From: a virus
Taxonomy: Duplodnaviria; Caudoviricetes
Virus record (IMG/VR): IMGVR_UViG_3300031867_000013
Coordinates: 53,887 to 117,886 of that record
DNA length: 64,000 bases
Reading direction: 5' to 3' (one strand)
Below, in pieces: positions 47,441-58,193 of the stretch. The translations under genes and the position numbers were made by a program. The notes beneath the pieces were generated by a model that was not told where the DNA came from, did not search any database, and saw only the letters and a list, made by a program, of their open reading frames with translations. Every line of letters starts with the position of its first letter. Within the stretch, counting starts at the first letter, position 1.

Positions 47441-48730
47441 TTAAAATATTGTTTTAAATTGTTCTTTAGTTTGTTCTAATTCCTCTTTAGAAGTCTCATT
47501 ATTCTTTAAGTCCTCTAAATCGGGTATAAAGTCCATTGTCATTCTATTAAAATCAAAAGCATATATCCATTCTTTACCTTCTATACCATATCTATTTTTA
47601 ACAGTACAAAGTTTAATTGCACTTGCTACTTTATTTATTGATATGATTCTTGTTGCCGCTTGTGTTACTTGATAAGAATTATATACACTTTCACTATCGC
47701 TTATTGTTTCTTCTTCGTTACCTTTCTTTTCATGTGACCTTCTTCTTGCTTGTATAGCACAAACAATAGGTATCTTAAATTCTTTAGACAACTGAAATAA
47801 CTGTCTTGCGGCTTCACCCATACATTCTGATAATGTTAATTTCTTTGTATCTCCATCGGGTATTACATATACAAGACCATCAATGAATAATATATCTAAT
47901 TGCTTTGATAATATAAAATTTCTACACTGACTGATTGTAACAGTTCCTTTTACAAAATCATCTGTATCTGCTACAAATATATGTTTATCTGATTGCATAA
48001 TCTTATCAAAGTATTCTTTATATCCATCTACCTTTAATCCTGTATTTAATGCTGTATTGGAAAAATGTTCATTACAGCTATCTATTCTTAATGCAAATCT
48101 TTCTTTAGACAATTCGGGGGAAACAACCCCTACTCTATACCCTAAATTGCTTGCGTGTGCTACACTCATAGCTACGCATTGACTTTTGCCAACACCAGAT
48201 TTTGCTAACCACAAGAATAATTCTTCTCCACGTTGATACCCATATAATGTATCATTAAGTTCTTGAAAAGGCAAAGGAATATAGTTTGTATCAAAGTTAT
48301 TCTGCCTATCCAAATATTCTTGGTATCTTTTATCATTGTGCATTATATCAGTACAACTAAATTCTACTTGTGGTCTTAATGCATCTATATTAGCTAATAG
48401 AAATTCTGCTCCTGCTGTAGCATCTTGTTCAAATATTTCTGTACTATGATTAAGAATATGTACTGCTCTCCTAAATAATGCTTGTTCTCTTAATGCGTCT
48501 ACTATAGAACTAATAGGCTGTGACACATTAAAATAGTCAAATTTTGGAAATTTAGCGGTAAATGTTTCTTTATCGGGTACAGAATGATATTTCTCATAAA
48601 ACTCTTTTATATATTCATATTCCTCTTTTGCTTGCGTAAAATGTTCATCAGATAACATATTATCTGTAAAAAAGGAATAATTCTTATCTTCCAAAACTTT
48701 ATTAAGTAATTGATATTCTGATATACTCAA
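47441..48730 (-). CDS. dnaB: DnaB-like replicative helicase
   Basis: GYQRGE...AKSGVGKS, SPE, FIDG, LSKEFKIPIV..Q, KNRYG. Confidence 0.85.
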   Translation of the reverse strand: MSISEYQLLNKVLEDKNYSFFTDNMLSDEHFTQAKEEYEYIKEFYEKYHSVPDKETFTAKFPKFDYFNVSQPISSIVDALREQALFRRAVHILNHSTEIFEQDATAGAEFLLANIDALRPQVEFSCTDIMHNDKRYQEYLDRQNNFDTNYIPLPFQELNDTLYGYQRGEELFLWLAKSGVGKSQCVAMSVAHASNLGYRVGVVSPELSKERFALRIDSCNEHFSNTALNTGLKVDGYKEYFDKIMQSDKHIFVADTDDFVKGTVTISQCRNFILSKQLDILFIDGLVYVIPDGDTKKLTLSECMGEAARQLFQLSKEFKIPIVCAIQARRRSHEKKGNEEETISDSESVYNSYQVTQAATRIISINKVASAIKLCTVKNRYGIEGKEWIYAFDFNRMTMDFIPDLEDLKNNETSKEELEQTKEQFKTIF

Positions 48731-48735
48731 TAGAA

Positions 48736-49443
48736 TTACTCCTTTCGCTTATATTCTGACGTACTTTCTCTACGCCCTGCCCCTTTTAATTCTATTACTA
48801 TGTCTGATAATATTCTGTCTGCTATTCGCGCACCTAATAATAATTCTAAATTATCAGGACTAATATTAGATGTATATAATGTGGCTAATCCTTTACTATA
48901 TCTTGTATCTATCACACTTGATAATACAGACATATCATAATTAGAAGGATTAACAGCACCTATATCATCTATAATGCATAAAGGTCTTTCTGATAAATTC
49001 TTTATATGTTCTATACGTTCTTGGCTCTTAAATTCTTTAGCCATTAGAACAAAAGAAGGAGCATATTCAAACCATGCTAAATCTTTATATCCGTTTCCAT
49101 AACACATTACAGCAAGATATGTATTCATTATCTTTGTAACCCATTGGCTCTTACCAACCCCACATTGGTTACTCCATAAATATAATGTACGACCTTGCTC
49201 TGTAAATAATTCTATATCTAACTGTATATCCTTTAATGTATTAAATGCTTCTAAATCTATTTTTTCGGGATATAGTGTTTTCTTTTTCTTAAATTCATCG
49301 GGTATATTAGATGTATTTATAAGATAATCAAATTCTGACCTAATAGGACAAGAAGAATCACAACCTATATTCTTTTCCCTCGGACAGTTATCTTTGAACC
49401 AACAATTTTCATTATAGGTATATTGGTATTCCAAAACTATCAC
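48736..49443 (-). CDS. dnaC: DnaC/DnaI-like helicase loader
   Basis: GVGKS, IIDDIG, R...TLYTSN, RIADRI; adjacent to helicase. Confidence 0.8.
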   Translation of the reverse strand: MIVLEYQYTYNENCWFKDNCPREKNIGCDSSCPIRSEFDYLINTSNIPDEFKKKKTLYPEKIDLEAFNTLKDIQLDIELFTEQGRTLYLWSNQCGVGKSQWVTKIMNTYLAVMCYGNGYKDLAWFEYAPSFVLMAKEFKSQERIEHIKNLSERPLCIIDDIGAVNPSNYDMSVLSSVIDTRYSKGLATLYTSNISPDNLELLLGARIADRILSDIVIELKGAGRRESTSEYKRKE

Positions 49444-49674
49444 CTACTTTCACTTCTTGCCTATTATAGCACAAAAGAAAGGGCTTGTCAAGCCAACAAG
49501 CCCATATTTTTTTATTCTTTTTCAAAATCATGGTCGGACAAATCTACATAATCCCCGTTTTCAAGTCGTACAATTTCCGCACCATCCCCATATTTTGTAT
49601 ATTCTCCTTTAATATGTTCGTGATTAAGAATATGAACTTCATCACCGTCTTTAAGTTCATTTCCCCAAAAATCT

Positions 49675-50541
49675 TCATGTGCGTATACCACATTTGGCGA
49701 TAGCAATGTTATCATGCAATACATTAGCCAAAATAATTCCAATATGTAATGGATTAATGATATTTTCACGACACAATACCTCCGATTTTTCATCAAATAT
49801 AAATGTCTTATACTTACAAATATCTAAAATATTATTGTCTAAAACATTAGTCTTTGAAACAAACTTAAATATATCATTAAATTTTATATTATTTTTTCTT
49901 CTAATATATTCATTAATATATTTATTTACAATATCTTCTACAAATACAGGATATTTTTCATGTACAAGTTCTAACATTTTGTAAGCAATATCTCTTATAT
50001 CAGATTGTGCATGAGAATCTAAACGAAGTTTAAGAAAATGTCTTAATGCTCTCATATTCATTTGCATTACTAAATGTGTAGCAGTACATTGTGGTAATAC
50101 ACTTCTTGCTGTTTCGGGCTTTGCTCCTTTTTCTAATAGAACAAAATATGCCGCTTCTGCCGCAAGACAAGATGCTCTCCATGTGTCATATAATTCATTA
50201 GTCATATCATAAGGCACAATAAAGTTTACACTATTGTTAAAAACATCTTTATTATATGAACAATATCTCATTGATTCTTGGCAATATGAAGTACCAATAC
50301 GATGTCTTACAATTTGATGTGAAATTGCGCGGTCACATACAATCATAAATTCAAGATTAGCAAATTCAATAGTTCCTTCATGACCGCTTTTAATCAAAGC
50401 ACGAATCATAGGCTCTGCACTATTATCTGTAATCTTATCTTGTGACCTATAACAATTCCTTGCCGCTTGTTCTACATTTGAAAGTAATGTTTCATATTTT
50501 GGGGGATTGATAAGTTCTACACTACGTTCTAATACATTCAT
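49675..50541 (-). CDS. thyX: FAD-dependent thymidylate synthase
   Basis: SGHE...RAISHQIVRHR...SYCQESMRY, ARSVLP, HFLKLR...HAQ. Confidence 0.92.
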   Translation of the reverse strand: MNVLERSVELINPPKYETLLSNVEQAARNCYRSQDKITDNSAEPMIRALIKSGHEGTIEFANLEFMIVCDRAISHQIVRHRIGTSYCQESMRYCSYNKDVFNNSVNFIVPYDMTNELYDTWRASCLAAEAAYFVLLEKGAKPETARSVLPQCTATHLVMQMNMRALRHFLKLRLDSHAQSDIRDIAYKMLELVHEKYPVFVEDIVNKYINEYIRRKNNIKFNDIFKFVSKTNVLDNNILDICKYKTFIFDEKSEVLCRENIINPLHIGIILANVLHDNIAIAKCGIRT

Positions 50542-50544
50542 ATA

Positions 50545-50928
50545 TTACACCTTACTTTCTTCTTTTAATTCTTCTTCGTGCTTATCTAATAGTTCTATTG
50601 CTTTTGCAATAATAGAAGTTTCATTATATGTTCCTTTTTCATATTCATTATAAGACTTCATAAAACCATGATGTGTACGAACAATACTATCTGTTACTAT
50701 ATAACTATTTTCTTCCCTATCTGTCATTATATGTAGCACACAAGCGTCTTTAGTATTTATATCAAATGCTTCTATATACATATAATAATCTTGTTCATTT
50801 AATTTTTCATAATGCTCTAGGTCAAGATTGTATTGTAAATAATTTATCTTTACAATAGGAACTGTATTTGCTTCACATATATTCAAAAATGAAAATAAGG
50901 CGCAAATAAAAGTAAATAGATATTTCAT
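50545..50928 (-). CDS. putative exported protein
   Basis: N-terminal hydrophobic signal-like segment. Confidence 0.5.
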   Translation of the reverse strand: MKYLFTFICALFSFLNICEANTVPIVKINYLQYNLDLEHYEKLNEQDYYMYIEAFDINTKDACVLHIMTDREENSYIVTDSIVRTHHGFMKSYNEYEKGTYNETSIIAKAIELLDKHEEELKEESKV

Positions 50929-50943
50929 TATACCACGCTCCTT

Positions 50944-52041
50944 TTATAGTTTTTCATAGAATAATTTAGCTTCTTCTTCTGTTGCTTTTTTACCAACATA
51001 CTTAAAAGCATAACATGGTCTTGTATCTAATTTATATGTTTCCATACCTTTAGCTTTATCTTGTTTCTTCCTTGAATGTGATGTTTCCTGCCATATATCT
51101 TTATGATTTAATCCATATAATCCAATAGCAGGGTGCATTGTTCTTCCATATAATTTACCATCTTCTTTTGCAGTAACTAAACTTCCAAAATAATTCCTTA
51201 ATGCTATTCCTATTCCTAGCCCTTGATAATCTGGTAATACTACTACTCTACTTATACGCCAACCATTCTTAAAATGTCCACTAGGTTGAGGAAGTATAGC
51301 GATAAATCCTACAGGCTTATCGTCCCAATATGCCATAAAACATTTTGCGGCTTTATTAAGGTCTGCACTTAAATAGTGATGGTGTTTGAATAGCTCCCAC
51401 GCTTCATATTTAACTCTGCATATTTTGAGATTGATTTTAGGTCTACAAAGACAACCTCTTGGATATTTAGTTACATTATCAGCAGGATTATACGCCCAAT
51501 CGGGCAATAACCACTCAATAATGTCTGTATGACAACTTGCAAATACTACCTTAATATTCTTTTTCTTAATATATTTTTGTACAGAATTAGAAAGTGCTTT
51601 AGCTACATTTCTATCTACGACACTTGTAAATTCATCTATTACTGTTATATCATCTTTTAATGCAAGTTTAATAGCTATATCTGCTCTTGCTTTTTCTCCT
51701 GTACTTAAACAATTATAAGGACGTACCCAACAAGGAATAGTATTTAATCCTACTGCACATAATAGTTCAGACGCTTCTTGTGGCTCTACCATACTAAAAT
51801 TAGAAATAATAGAAATATTATTATCCCATACAAAAGGTTTATATGCTCCAAATTTTTCTCTAAGTAGTGTAGATTTTCCTACTCCGCTTGCTCCATATAT
51901 TAGCCCTATATTCCATTCTTCGGGCAAAGAAATGGTGTCATTTACTTCTACAATACTATATTCTGTATGTGGAATATCAAATGACCTTTCTGCTATTTCT
52001 GTATATTTATCATGTACAATAGGTGTTTTTAATGTTATCAT
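50944..52041 (-). CDS. ABC-type ATPase fused to a GNAT/Mom-like acetyltransferase
   Basis: GASGVGKST, LSTGE, IDEF, SCH; then HHYL...ISRVVVLPDYQGLGIG. Confidence 0.8.
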   Translation of the reverse strand: MITLKTPIVHDKYTEIAERSFDIPHTEYSIVEVNDTISLPEEWNIGLIYGASGVGKSTLLREKFGAYKPFVWDNNISIISNFSMVEPQEASELLCAVGLNTIPCWVRPYNCLSTGEKARADIAIKLALKDDITVIDEFTSVVDRNVAKALSNSVQKYIKKKNIKVVFASCHTDIIEWLLPDWAYNPADNVTKYPRGCLCRPKINLKICRVKYEAWELFKHHHYLSADLNKAAKCFMAYWDDKPVGFIAILPQPSGHFKNGWRISRVVVLPDYQGLGIGIALRNYFGSLVTAKEDGKLYGRTMHPAIGLYGLNHKDIWQETSHSRKKQDKAKGMETYKLDTRPCYAFKYVGKKATEEEAKLFYEKL

Positions 52042-52481
52042 TTTTTACCTGTACTTCCTACGCCACCTGTGCGTTCTTCTGTTACATTATCATCAAAAGT
52101 TGTATAGTATTTAGTAAAAATACCTTGTGCTACTTTATCATATGGTTTAATAATATAATCTTTATCAGATGTATTATATAATGCTATAATAATTTCTCCT
52201 TCATTATCTTCATTATTATAATAATCACTATCAATTACACCTACATTATTACATAACATAAGACCATGTTTAATTGCCATAGAACTTCTAATATATATAA
52301 GCAATACTAAATCATCATACATTTGTGCTTTAATTCCTGTATGAATCTTAGCTGTACCATGTGCAGGAACTAATATAGTTTTATGTGTATTATAAAAATC
52401 ATATCCTGCACTACCTTTTGTTGCTCTCTTTGGAATTGTAGCAATATCTTCATAACCCTTACATTTTTCAAATTTAATCAT
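52038..52481 (-). CDS. dut: trimeric dUTPase
   Basis: SAGYD, RSS, GVIDSDY, AQGIF, RTGGVGSTG. Confidence 0.93.
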   Translation of the reverse strand: MIKFEKCKGYEDIATIPKRATKGSAGYDFYNTHKTILVPAHGTAKIHTGIKAQMYDDLVLLIYIRSSMAIKHGLMLCNNVGVIDSDYYNNEDNEGEIIIALYNTSDKDYIIKPYDKVAQGIFTKYYTTFDDNVTEERTGGVGSTGKK

Positions 52482-52484
52482 GTT

Positions 52485-53156
52485 TTATCCTTCTTTCATT
52501 TGCTTTATGATTTTCTTTGCACATTCAACAGCTTCTTCTTTTGTTTTAAAAATTAAGCCATTTTTAAACATTTCATTGGTGTGTTCGTCATCATAAATAT
52601 ATTCAGTATAATCATACAAATCATTATATTGAAAAGCAGGAAAATATACCCTATCACCGTCTTTAGGCATCCACTTTTTCATAAATGTACCCTCTTTAAT
52701 CATCTTAAAAAATGCTGTTAATGAATATGCAAAGGCTACACGCCAATCTTCTATTGCATCGTCATATACCATTAATCCACTATCGGCTGTAAATTTATAA
52801 CGACAATTACTCCTGTTATCATAAAATTCTTCATCTAATTCTATGCCAACAAGTTTAGCAAAATCTTCTACTATGTTAGGATTATAAATAGTATTTGTAT
52901 TGTTATTCATATCTTCAAACATCCAATCTTGCCAATACCACTGACCATCATCTTCTAAAATATTATAATTATAATTATAATTATCAAAATCTACTTGCTT
53001 GATTGTTATTTCTTGACCACAAAATTTTATCATATCACTTACAAAAGTATTATTACCATCTTCATGTTCAAAAGCACCAAGAAAATTTTTCCTACAATTT
53101 GTTTCAAACCATTCTTTAGTATGTACTTTAACTTTATCTCCTACCTTATACTTCAT
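52485..53156 (-). CDS. hypothetical protein
   Basis: MKYKVGDKV start; AAGGAG RBS. Confidence 0.6.
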   Translation of the reverse strand: MKYKVGDKVKVHTKEWFETNCRKNFLGAFEHEDGNNTFVSDMIKFCGQEITIKQVDFDNYNYNYNILEDDGQWYWQDWMFEDMNNNTNTIYNPNIVEDFAKLVGIELDEEFYDNRSNCRYKFTADSGLMVYDDAIEDWRVAFAYSLTAFFKMIKEGTFMKKWMPKDGDRVYFPAFQYNDLYDYTEYIYDDEHTNEMFKNGLIFKTKEEAVECAKKIIKQMKEG

Positions 53157-53169
53157 TTTTATCTCTCCT

Positions 53170-53424
53170 TTATACTAAAATCAACATTACAATAAATGTA
53201 ATTACTGCTACAGGAATACTTGATTGTCCAATATAAGGAATTATACCCAACAAAAACCCTTGCCAAAATACTACTGTTGGTGCTTTACCAAAGAACACTA
53301 ACCACGAATTTAGTGCATAAGGAAAACAAAATCCTCCTATAATACCAAATATACTTAATACAATAATTATAGGTAAAATTCCTAAACTAAATAATGCTAA
53401 TCCTAATTTAAATAATTCTTTCAT
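53170..53424 (-). CDS. small membrane protein
   Basis: hydrophobic throughout; RBS and promoter at 53453-53481. Confidence 0.6.
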   Translation of the reverse strand: MKELFKLGLALFSLGILPIIIVLSIFGIIGGFCFPYALNSWLVFFGKAPTVVFWQGFLLGIIPYIGQSSIPVAVITFIVMLILV

Positions 53425-53520
53425 ATTTTTCGCTCCTTTTTATTTTTCTTGTATTATAGCACTCTTATTTTTGTTTGTCAATAGAAAAAAGGCAGGAAAA
53501 TTAAATTCCCTGCCACTTTT

Positions 53521-53778
53521 TTATTTCTTTTCAAAATCCTCACATACTTCATGTAATGCTTCTGTTAATCTATTATAATGTTTTGCACAAGATAAACCCC
53601 AATCATTACCACCAAGATAATATTTACAATTATAACATATAGGTACATTACTTAAATCTTTATTTATAAGATAACATAATTCACTAAATATAATTTCATG
53701 TGTTAATGCACATTGAAAACCTATACGCCCCATTATTTTTACATCACCTTGATAGTATCTACAATCTCTACAAGTCAT
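53521..53778 (-). CDS. Cys-rich hypothetical protein
   Basis: two CxxC repeats. Confidence 0.55.
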   Translation of the reverse strand: MTCRDCRYYQGDVKIMGRIGFQCALTHEIIFSELCYLINKDLSNVPICYNCKYYLGGNDWGLSCAKHYNRLTEALHEVCEDFEKK

Positions 53779-53802
53779 TTTATATCTCCTTAAATTTTCT
53801 AT

Positions 53803-54084
53803 TTAATTTCTAAAAGATTCTAAATCACACATACCTACACACATAGGCGAACTACATTCGTCCTTTATAATACAAACATATCTTGTATGATTCCACCCAA
53901 TTCTATCATCTTTATATTCATGTGTATCTATTATAACAGATACATTATGATAAAATTTTTCCCAATCATTTTTAACATAAGCAATTAAATCTTCTTCGGA
54001 CTTAAATATTTTTAATTCTTCCATTGCATCACACAATAAACTTCTATGAGGTCTATATACAATACCTTTTATATTGTCTGACAT
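53803..54084 (-). CDS. conserved phage hypothetical protein
   Basis: YRPHR..L.DAM...DDRIGW. Confidence 0.55.
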   Translation of the reverse strand: MSDNIKGIVYRPHRSLLCDAMEELKIFKSEEDLIAYVKNDWEKFYHNVSVIIDTHEYKDDRIGWNHTRYVCIIKDECSSPMCVGMCDLESFRN

Positions 54085-54107
54085 AATTTATCTAACCCCT
54101 TTTATTA

Positions 54108-56375
54108 TCAATCACAACGACTATAACCACAAGTACACGATGCACATTTCCCTTCAAGTCTAAGGGTTCTCTGACCACACTCTGGACATTCATATAACCC
54201 ATCTTCTGATTCTTCTTTTACTTCTTCTACAATCATAGATGTTTTATCTTTATCATTATATGCTTTTTCTAATGCTTTTGCAATAGCATTACCGCAAGAA
54301 AGTTCTATATCCATTTCACCTTTTTTACGTAATGCTTGGCAAGCAGGACAAGATACGGCTCTAAGTTCTTCTATTATTTTTTCTACTTTCATTCCACTTC
54401 TTAATGCCGCAGAAGTAAGCCTACATAGACTACTAATATTACTTGTACAACCACCTGTAATATTTGCGAATACTTCAAAAACATCTCCTTCATCTGTTTT
54501 ATTAACAGTAAGATACATTTTTGAACAAGCTGTCTTTAATTTATAAGTTTTACCACTTACTTCTTTTACTCCGCGCCTACTAATTGGTTCTATACTATCA
54601 TACTTAAATGTATTAGTTTCTTCTTTTTTAGAATCTACACCTAATAAATTCCCACGTTTACAACCATCTACAAAAACAGTTAATCCTTTTAATTTTTGTT
54701 TCCAACCATTCATATAAATATCATAAATTGTTTTCCATGATGTATCATGTGGTAGATTTATTGTAGAAGAAATACTACCATCTGTATATTCTTGTATAGT
54801 AGATTGTACTGCAATACGCATTAACGGTTCAATATCTTCACTTTCTACTACCCAATCAAATTTTTCTTTAATTTCTTCATTAGATAAAGTTAATGGTAAA
54901 TTATGATATTTAAGTAAATCTTCAATACTATGTGCAAATACTCTAAATATAATATTTTTATCTTCTCCTGCGTGTGTTGTTCTATCATACCCGCACTTAA
55001 ATAATGGCTCTATTCCACCACTAAAACGCCCCATAAATAAACTTAATGTACCTGTAGGAGCAATTACAATAAGAGTACCGTTCCTTAATCCTGTTCGTTC
55101 AATCTTATTATATAAATCCATATTATTAAATTTAAGTGCCTGTATAATAGGAGACTTCTTTTGCTTTTCCCAATTATACTTTCCAAATGCGCCTTTTTGT
55201 TCTGCTAAATTACTTGATTCATCTAATGCAATTATATTCATAAAATCAAATATTTCTGACATAAGTTCTATGGATTCTTTACTTCCGTATTTAATTTTAA
55301 GTGCTACAAACATATCAGCTAATCCAAATACACCCAATCCAATAGAACGCCAATCATCAATACAACTTCTATTCATATCTAATGGTTGCATTTCATACCC
55401 ATAATCAAGTGTTTGGTCTAATACATTTACACCTAAACGAATAAGTTTTTCAAACTTTTCATAATTTATATGTGCATTATCTGTAAATTTATCTTCTACT
55501 ATATTATATAAGTTAATACTACCAAGATTACATGAATTTCCTGCTATACCAAAGAACTCTGAACATGGGTTGCTTGTTTCTATAATATATTCGGGATAAC
55601 CACTTAATAAATGATAATCTTTAACCCTATCTATATAACATATGCCTGGGTCTCCCCAATCAGCATTAACTTTACAAAATTCTTCAAAAAATTGTCTTGC
55701 ATTTATAGTTTTCTTTATTTCTTCTCCTGTAGATTCTACTTTGAAATAAAGTTCATATTCTTTATTTTGTTCTACTGCTTCAAAAAAATCTTCATGAAAC
55801 TTTATGCTAATATTCATAGCACTAAGTTTTTCACCGTTGGCTTTTATATGTAAAAATTCTTCTATATCGGGATGTTTACAATCAAGCATAACCATCATTG
55901 CCATATGTCTTAAAGATTGTCCGATAAGTTCTCCTGTCTGATTATATTTATGTAAACAAAATGCTACACCATCAGAATATCTTGCACTATTATTTATCTT
56001 TGAACCCTTTGGTCTAATATGGTCTAATGCTACTCCTACACCACCACCCATAGAACCTATCTTAGACATTTCATAGTCAACTTCATTTATTGATTTAAGG
56101 TCATCTAATGGACTTGTAACTACATAACAGTTGGAGCAGGATAACTTTTTATTACTATTTTTCATTCCTGCCGCATATAATGTTCTACCCGCAGGACATA
56201 AATCTGCATTATATAAAGCATTTTTAACATCTTCTCTTATATCTTCACTATATATACTTGATACTCTATTTATTAAGTCATCAAATGTATTTTCATTTTC
56301 ATGTAAATACTTCTTATGTAATATTGCCTGTGTTATTTCATCATCATACCAATTCTTTTCTCTATTTCCGTCCAA
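54108..56375 (-). CDS. nrdJ: class II (B12-dependent) ribonucleotide reductase with TSCPD domain
   Basis: PAGR, SNCY, GGGVG, SNPCSE, CNLGSINL, APTGT, ISSTIN; C-terminal SC and zinc ribbon. Confidence 0.9.
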   Translation of the reverse strand: MDGNREKNWYDDEITQAILHKKYLHENENTFDDLINRVSSIYSEDIREDVKNALYNADLCPAGRTLYAAGMKNSNKKLSCSNCYVVTSPLDDLKSINEVDYEMSKIGSMGGGVGVALDHIRPKGSKINNSARYSDGVAFCLHKYNQTGELIGQSLRHMAMMVMLDCKHPDIEEFLHIKANGEKLSAMNISIKFHEDFFEAVEQNKEYELYFKVESTGEEIKKTINARQFFEEFCKVNADWGDPGICYIDRVKDYHLLSGYPEYIIETSNPCSEFFGIAGNSCNLGSINLYNIVEDKFTDNAHINYEKFEKLIRLGVNVLDQTLDYGYEMQPLDMNRSCIDDWRSIGLGVFGLADMFVALKIKYGSKESIELMSEIFDFMNIIALDESSNLAEQKGAFGKYNWEKQKKSPIIQALKFNNMDLYNKIERTGLRNGTLIVIAPTGTLSLFMGRFSGGIEPLFKCGYDRTTHAGEDKNIIFRVFAHSIEDLLKYHNLPLTLSNEEIKEKFDWVVESEDIEPLMRIAVQSTIQEYTDGSISSTINLPHDTSWKTIYDIYMNGWKQKLKGLTVFVDGCKRGNLLGVDSKKEETNTFKYDSIEPISRRGVKEVSGKTYKLKTACSKMYLTVNKTDEGDVFEVFANITGGCTSNISSLCRLTSAALRSGMKVEKIIEELRAVSCPACQALRKKGEMDIELSCGNAIAKALEKAYNDKDKTSMIVEEVKEESEDGLYECPECGQRTLRLEGKCASCTCGYSRCD

Positions 56376-56389
56376 GAAACTTACCTCCC

Positions 56390-56734
56390 TTAAAATCCTT
56401 GATTAACTATATGTATCTCTTTTTTAGTCCTATATACATTTTGTGTACTTATATTATTTTTATTATTCTTATATGCTAGTTGTCTATAACCCTTTATTGT
56501 ACAATTTCTTACTTGATTTGCTCTTTCATTTTCGGGTATATCTTGTAATATTTCTAATTGCATTTTCCAACTTATTCTTGTTGGTAAATTATGCTGTTGT
56601 CTACGTGAAGCTAAATAATTCTTTATTTCTCCCATTAATACATTATCTTTGCCAAACATTAATTCTGCCATTTGTATTAGATTTGGCTCTTTCTTTGGCT
56701 TTTCATTAAAACTATAATTGCCAAATAATCCCAT
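56390..56734 (-). CDS. hypothetical protein (weakly resembles a replication-initiator C-terminal domain)
   Basis: start at MGLFG after AGGAAGGTG. Confidence 0.5.
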   Translation of the reverse strand: MGLFGNYSFNEKPKKEPNLIQMAELMFGKDNVLMGEIKNYLASRRQQHNLPTRISWKMQLEILQDIPENERANQVRNCTIKGYRQLAYKNNKNNISTQNVYRTKKEIHIVNQGF

Positions 56735-56762
56735 ATAAATACACCTTCCTATTATATAGACT

Positions 56763-56860
56763 AAAAAGGAGCATAGTTTCCTATGCCCCGAAAATTGCTC
56801 TTTCCTCGCAATTCTCCGTGTATATCTTCCTACGCGATTAGTCTGCATATACCCCGTTTT
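56763..56860 (-). ncRNA. candidate structured sRNA or leader with three AGGA-loop hairpins
   Basis: promoter TTGACA-17-TATAAT at 56866-56894; hairpins ending in GGGGCATAG-GAAA-CTATGCTCC-TTTTT. Confidence 0.55.
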
Positions 56861-57528
56861 GATATATTATAGCACAGAAAACTATGAATGTCAATTTTAT
56901 GTTACACGACAAATGTAAAGATAAATGTTTATTATTTTATTCTATACTTTGTTTTGCATCTTCAAATTGATTATCTACTTCTGTATTAGCTTTCTGCCAT
57001 AGTTTTGCTATACGTTCATCTACTTCTGATTGTTTTAGTCCACTTGTATCTGATTCTAATGTACATTCAAATGTAAAGAAGTCATTATAACCAAACTTTG
57101 CACTTCTTCTTGATGATATTGATACTTTTGTAATATTTAAGTCAGTCTCTTTTTTCTTTGGCATCAAAAGCCCTCCTTATCTGTAATTCCTCTAACAATG
57201 TAATAATATTTCCATACATATATACTTCTTTTGGTTCTTTTGCAAATCTTTTATATTCTTCTACTTGCTTTAATGTTTCATTAAGTGATATAGACATAAG
57301 TATATCTCCTTATCCTTCAACATCATCTTCTACTTTTATATGCATATCTTCGGTTTCCATACCAAATATTGCTCCCCATATAAAAATGGTTGCTTCTTTA
57401 CCATTAAAATCTTCTCTTACTACCTTTGAATAACATCTATCCATAAGGTCTAATAGTTTATCTTTTTCAATTACTGCCTTATAAAAATAAGATTGTGATA
57501 AAATATCTTTTTCCATAAGTATATCTCC

Positions 57529-57897
57529 TTATTTCTTCTTAAAGCTAATAACACTTGAAGTTTTAGTAGTATAACAATCTGCAAACAAAGCACCATCAAT
57601 TTCACCACTACGGATTGCTTCTTCAAGTTTATCTTCGTCTACAATCTGCTTCAAAAGCCATTTTGCCTTTGCTTTAAGTACAACTGCTACAGCCTTTTCT
57701 TGATTCAACGTAGGCTTATTACGCTCACTGATAGTTGCCGTGAATGTAGTTCCTTCAAGTTTCATAAGGTCATTGTCTTTAGCATAGGCTTTGAGTTCAT
57801 TCTTTGCACTTTCAAGTTCTTTTTGAAGATTATTGTAGGTTACGTTTTGAAGTGCCGTTTCATCAATAAACTTCTTCGTGATTTTCTTTGCCGCCAT
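57529..57897 (-). CDS. hypothetical basic protein
   Basis: AAAGGAGATGTT RBS; promoter at 57946-57974. Confidence 0.6.
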   Translation of the reverse strand: MAAKKITKKFIDETALQNVTYNNLQKELESAKNELKAYAKDNDLMKLEGTTFTATISERNKPTLNQEKAVAVVLKAKAKWLLKQIVDEDKLEEAIRSGEIDGALFADCYTTKTSSVISFKKK

Positions 57898-58193
57898 TTG
57901 TAACATCTCCTTTTTATTTTTGTATGGCTCTTTTGATTTGTCTATATAATATCATAAAAAATCACGTTTGTCAAGAAAAATTTTTCATTCCAATAAATGT
58001 AATACTTGTGCTATATTACTTAACTTATATGATAATATTTCTATATTTTCTGCATGACGCTTTTTTTGTATATTACTTTGTGCTACACAATACCATTCGT
58101 ATTCCCTTCGAAGTTCTTCAAAAGTATCATCTAATTTTTCTTGATGTGTTTCTTTTACAGTAGATATAATATTATCTAACATAATATATTCTC

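Noticed and set aside
49675-49930. ThyX C-terminal extension as a new fused domain
   Set aside because: It overlaps the next gene, which has its own GGAGG RBS, and shows no recognisable motif; probably read-through into non-conserved sequence.
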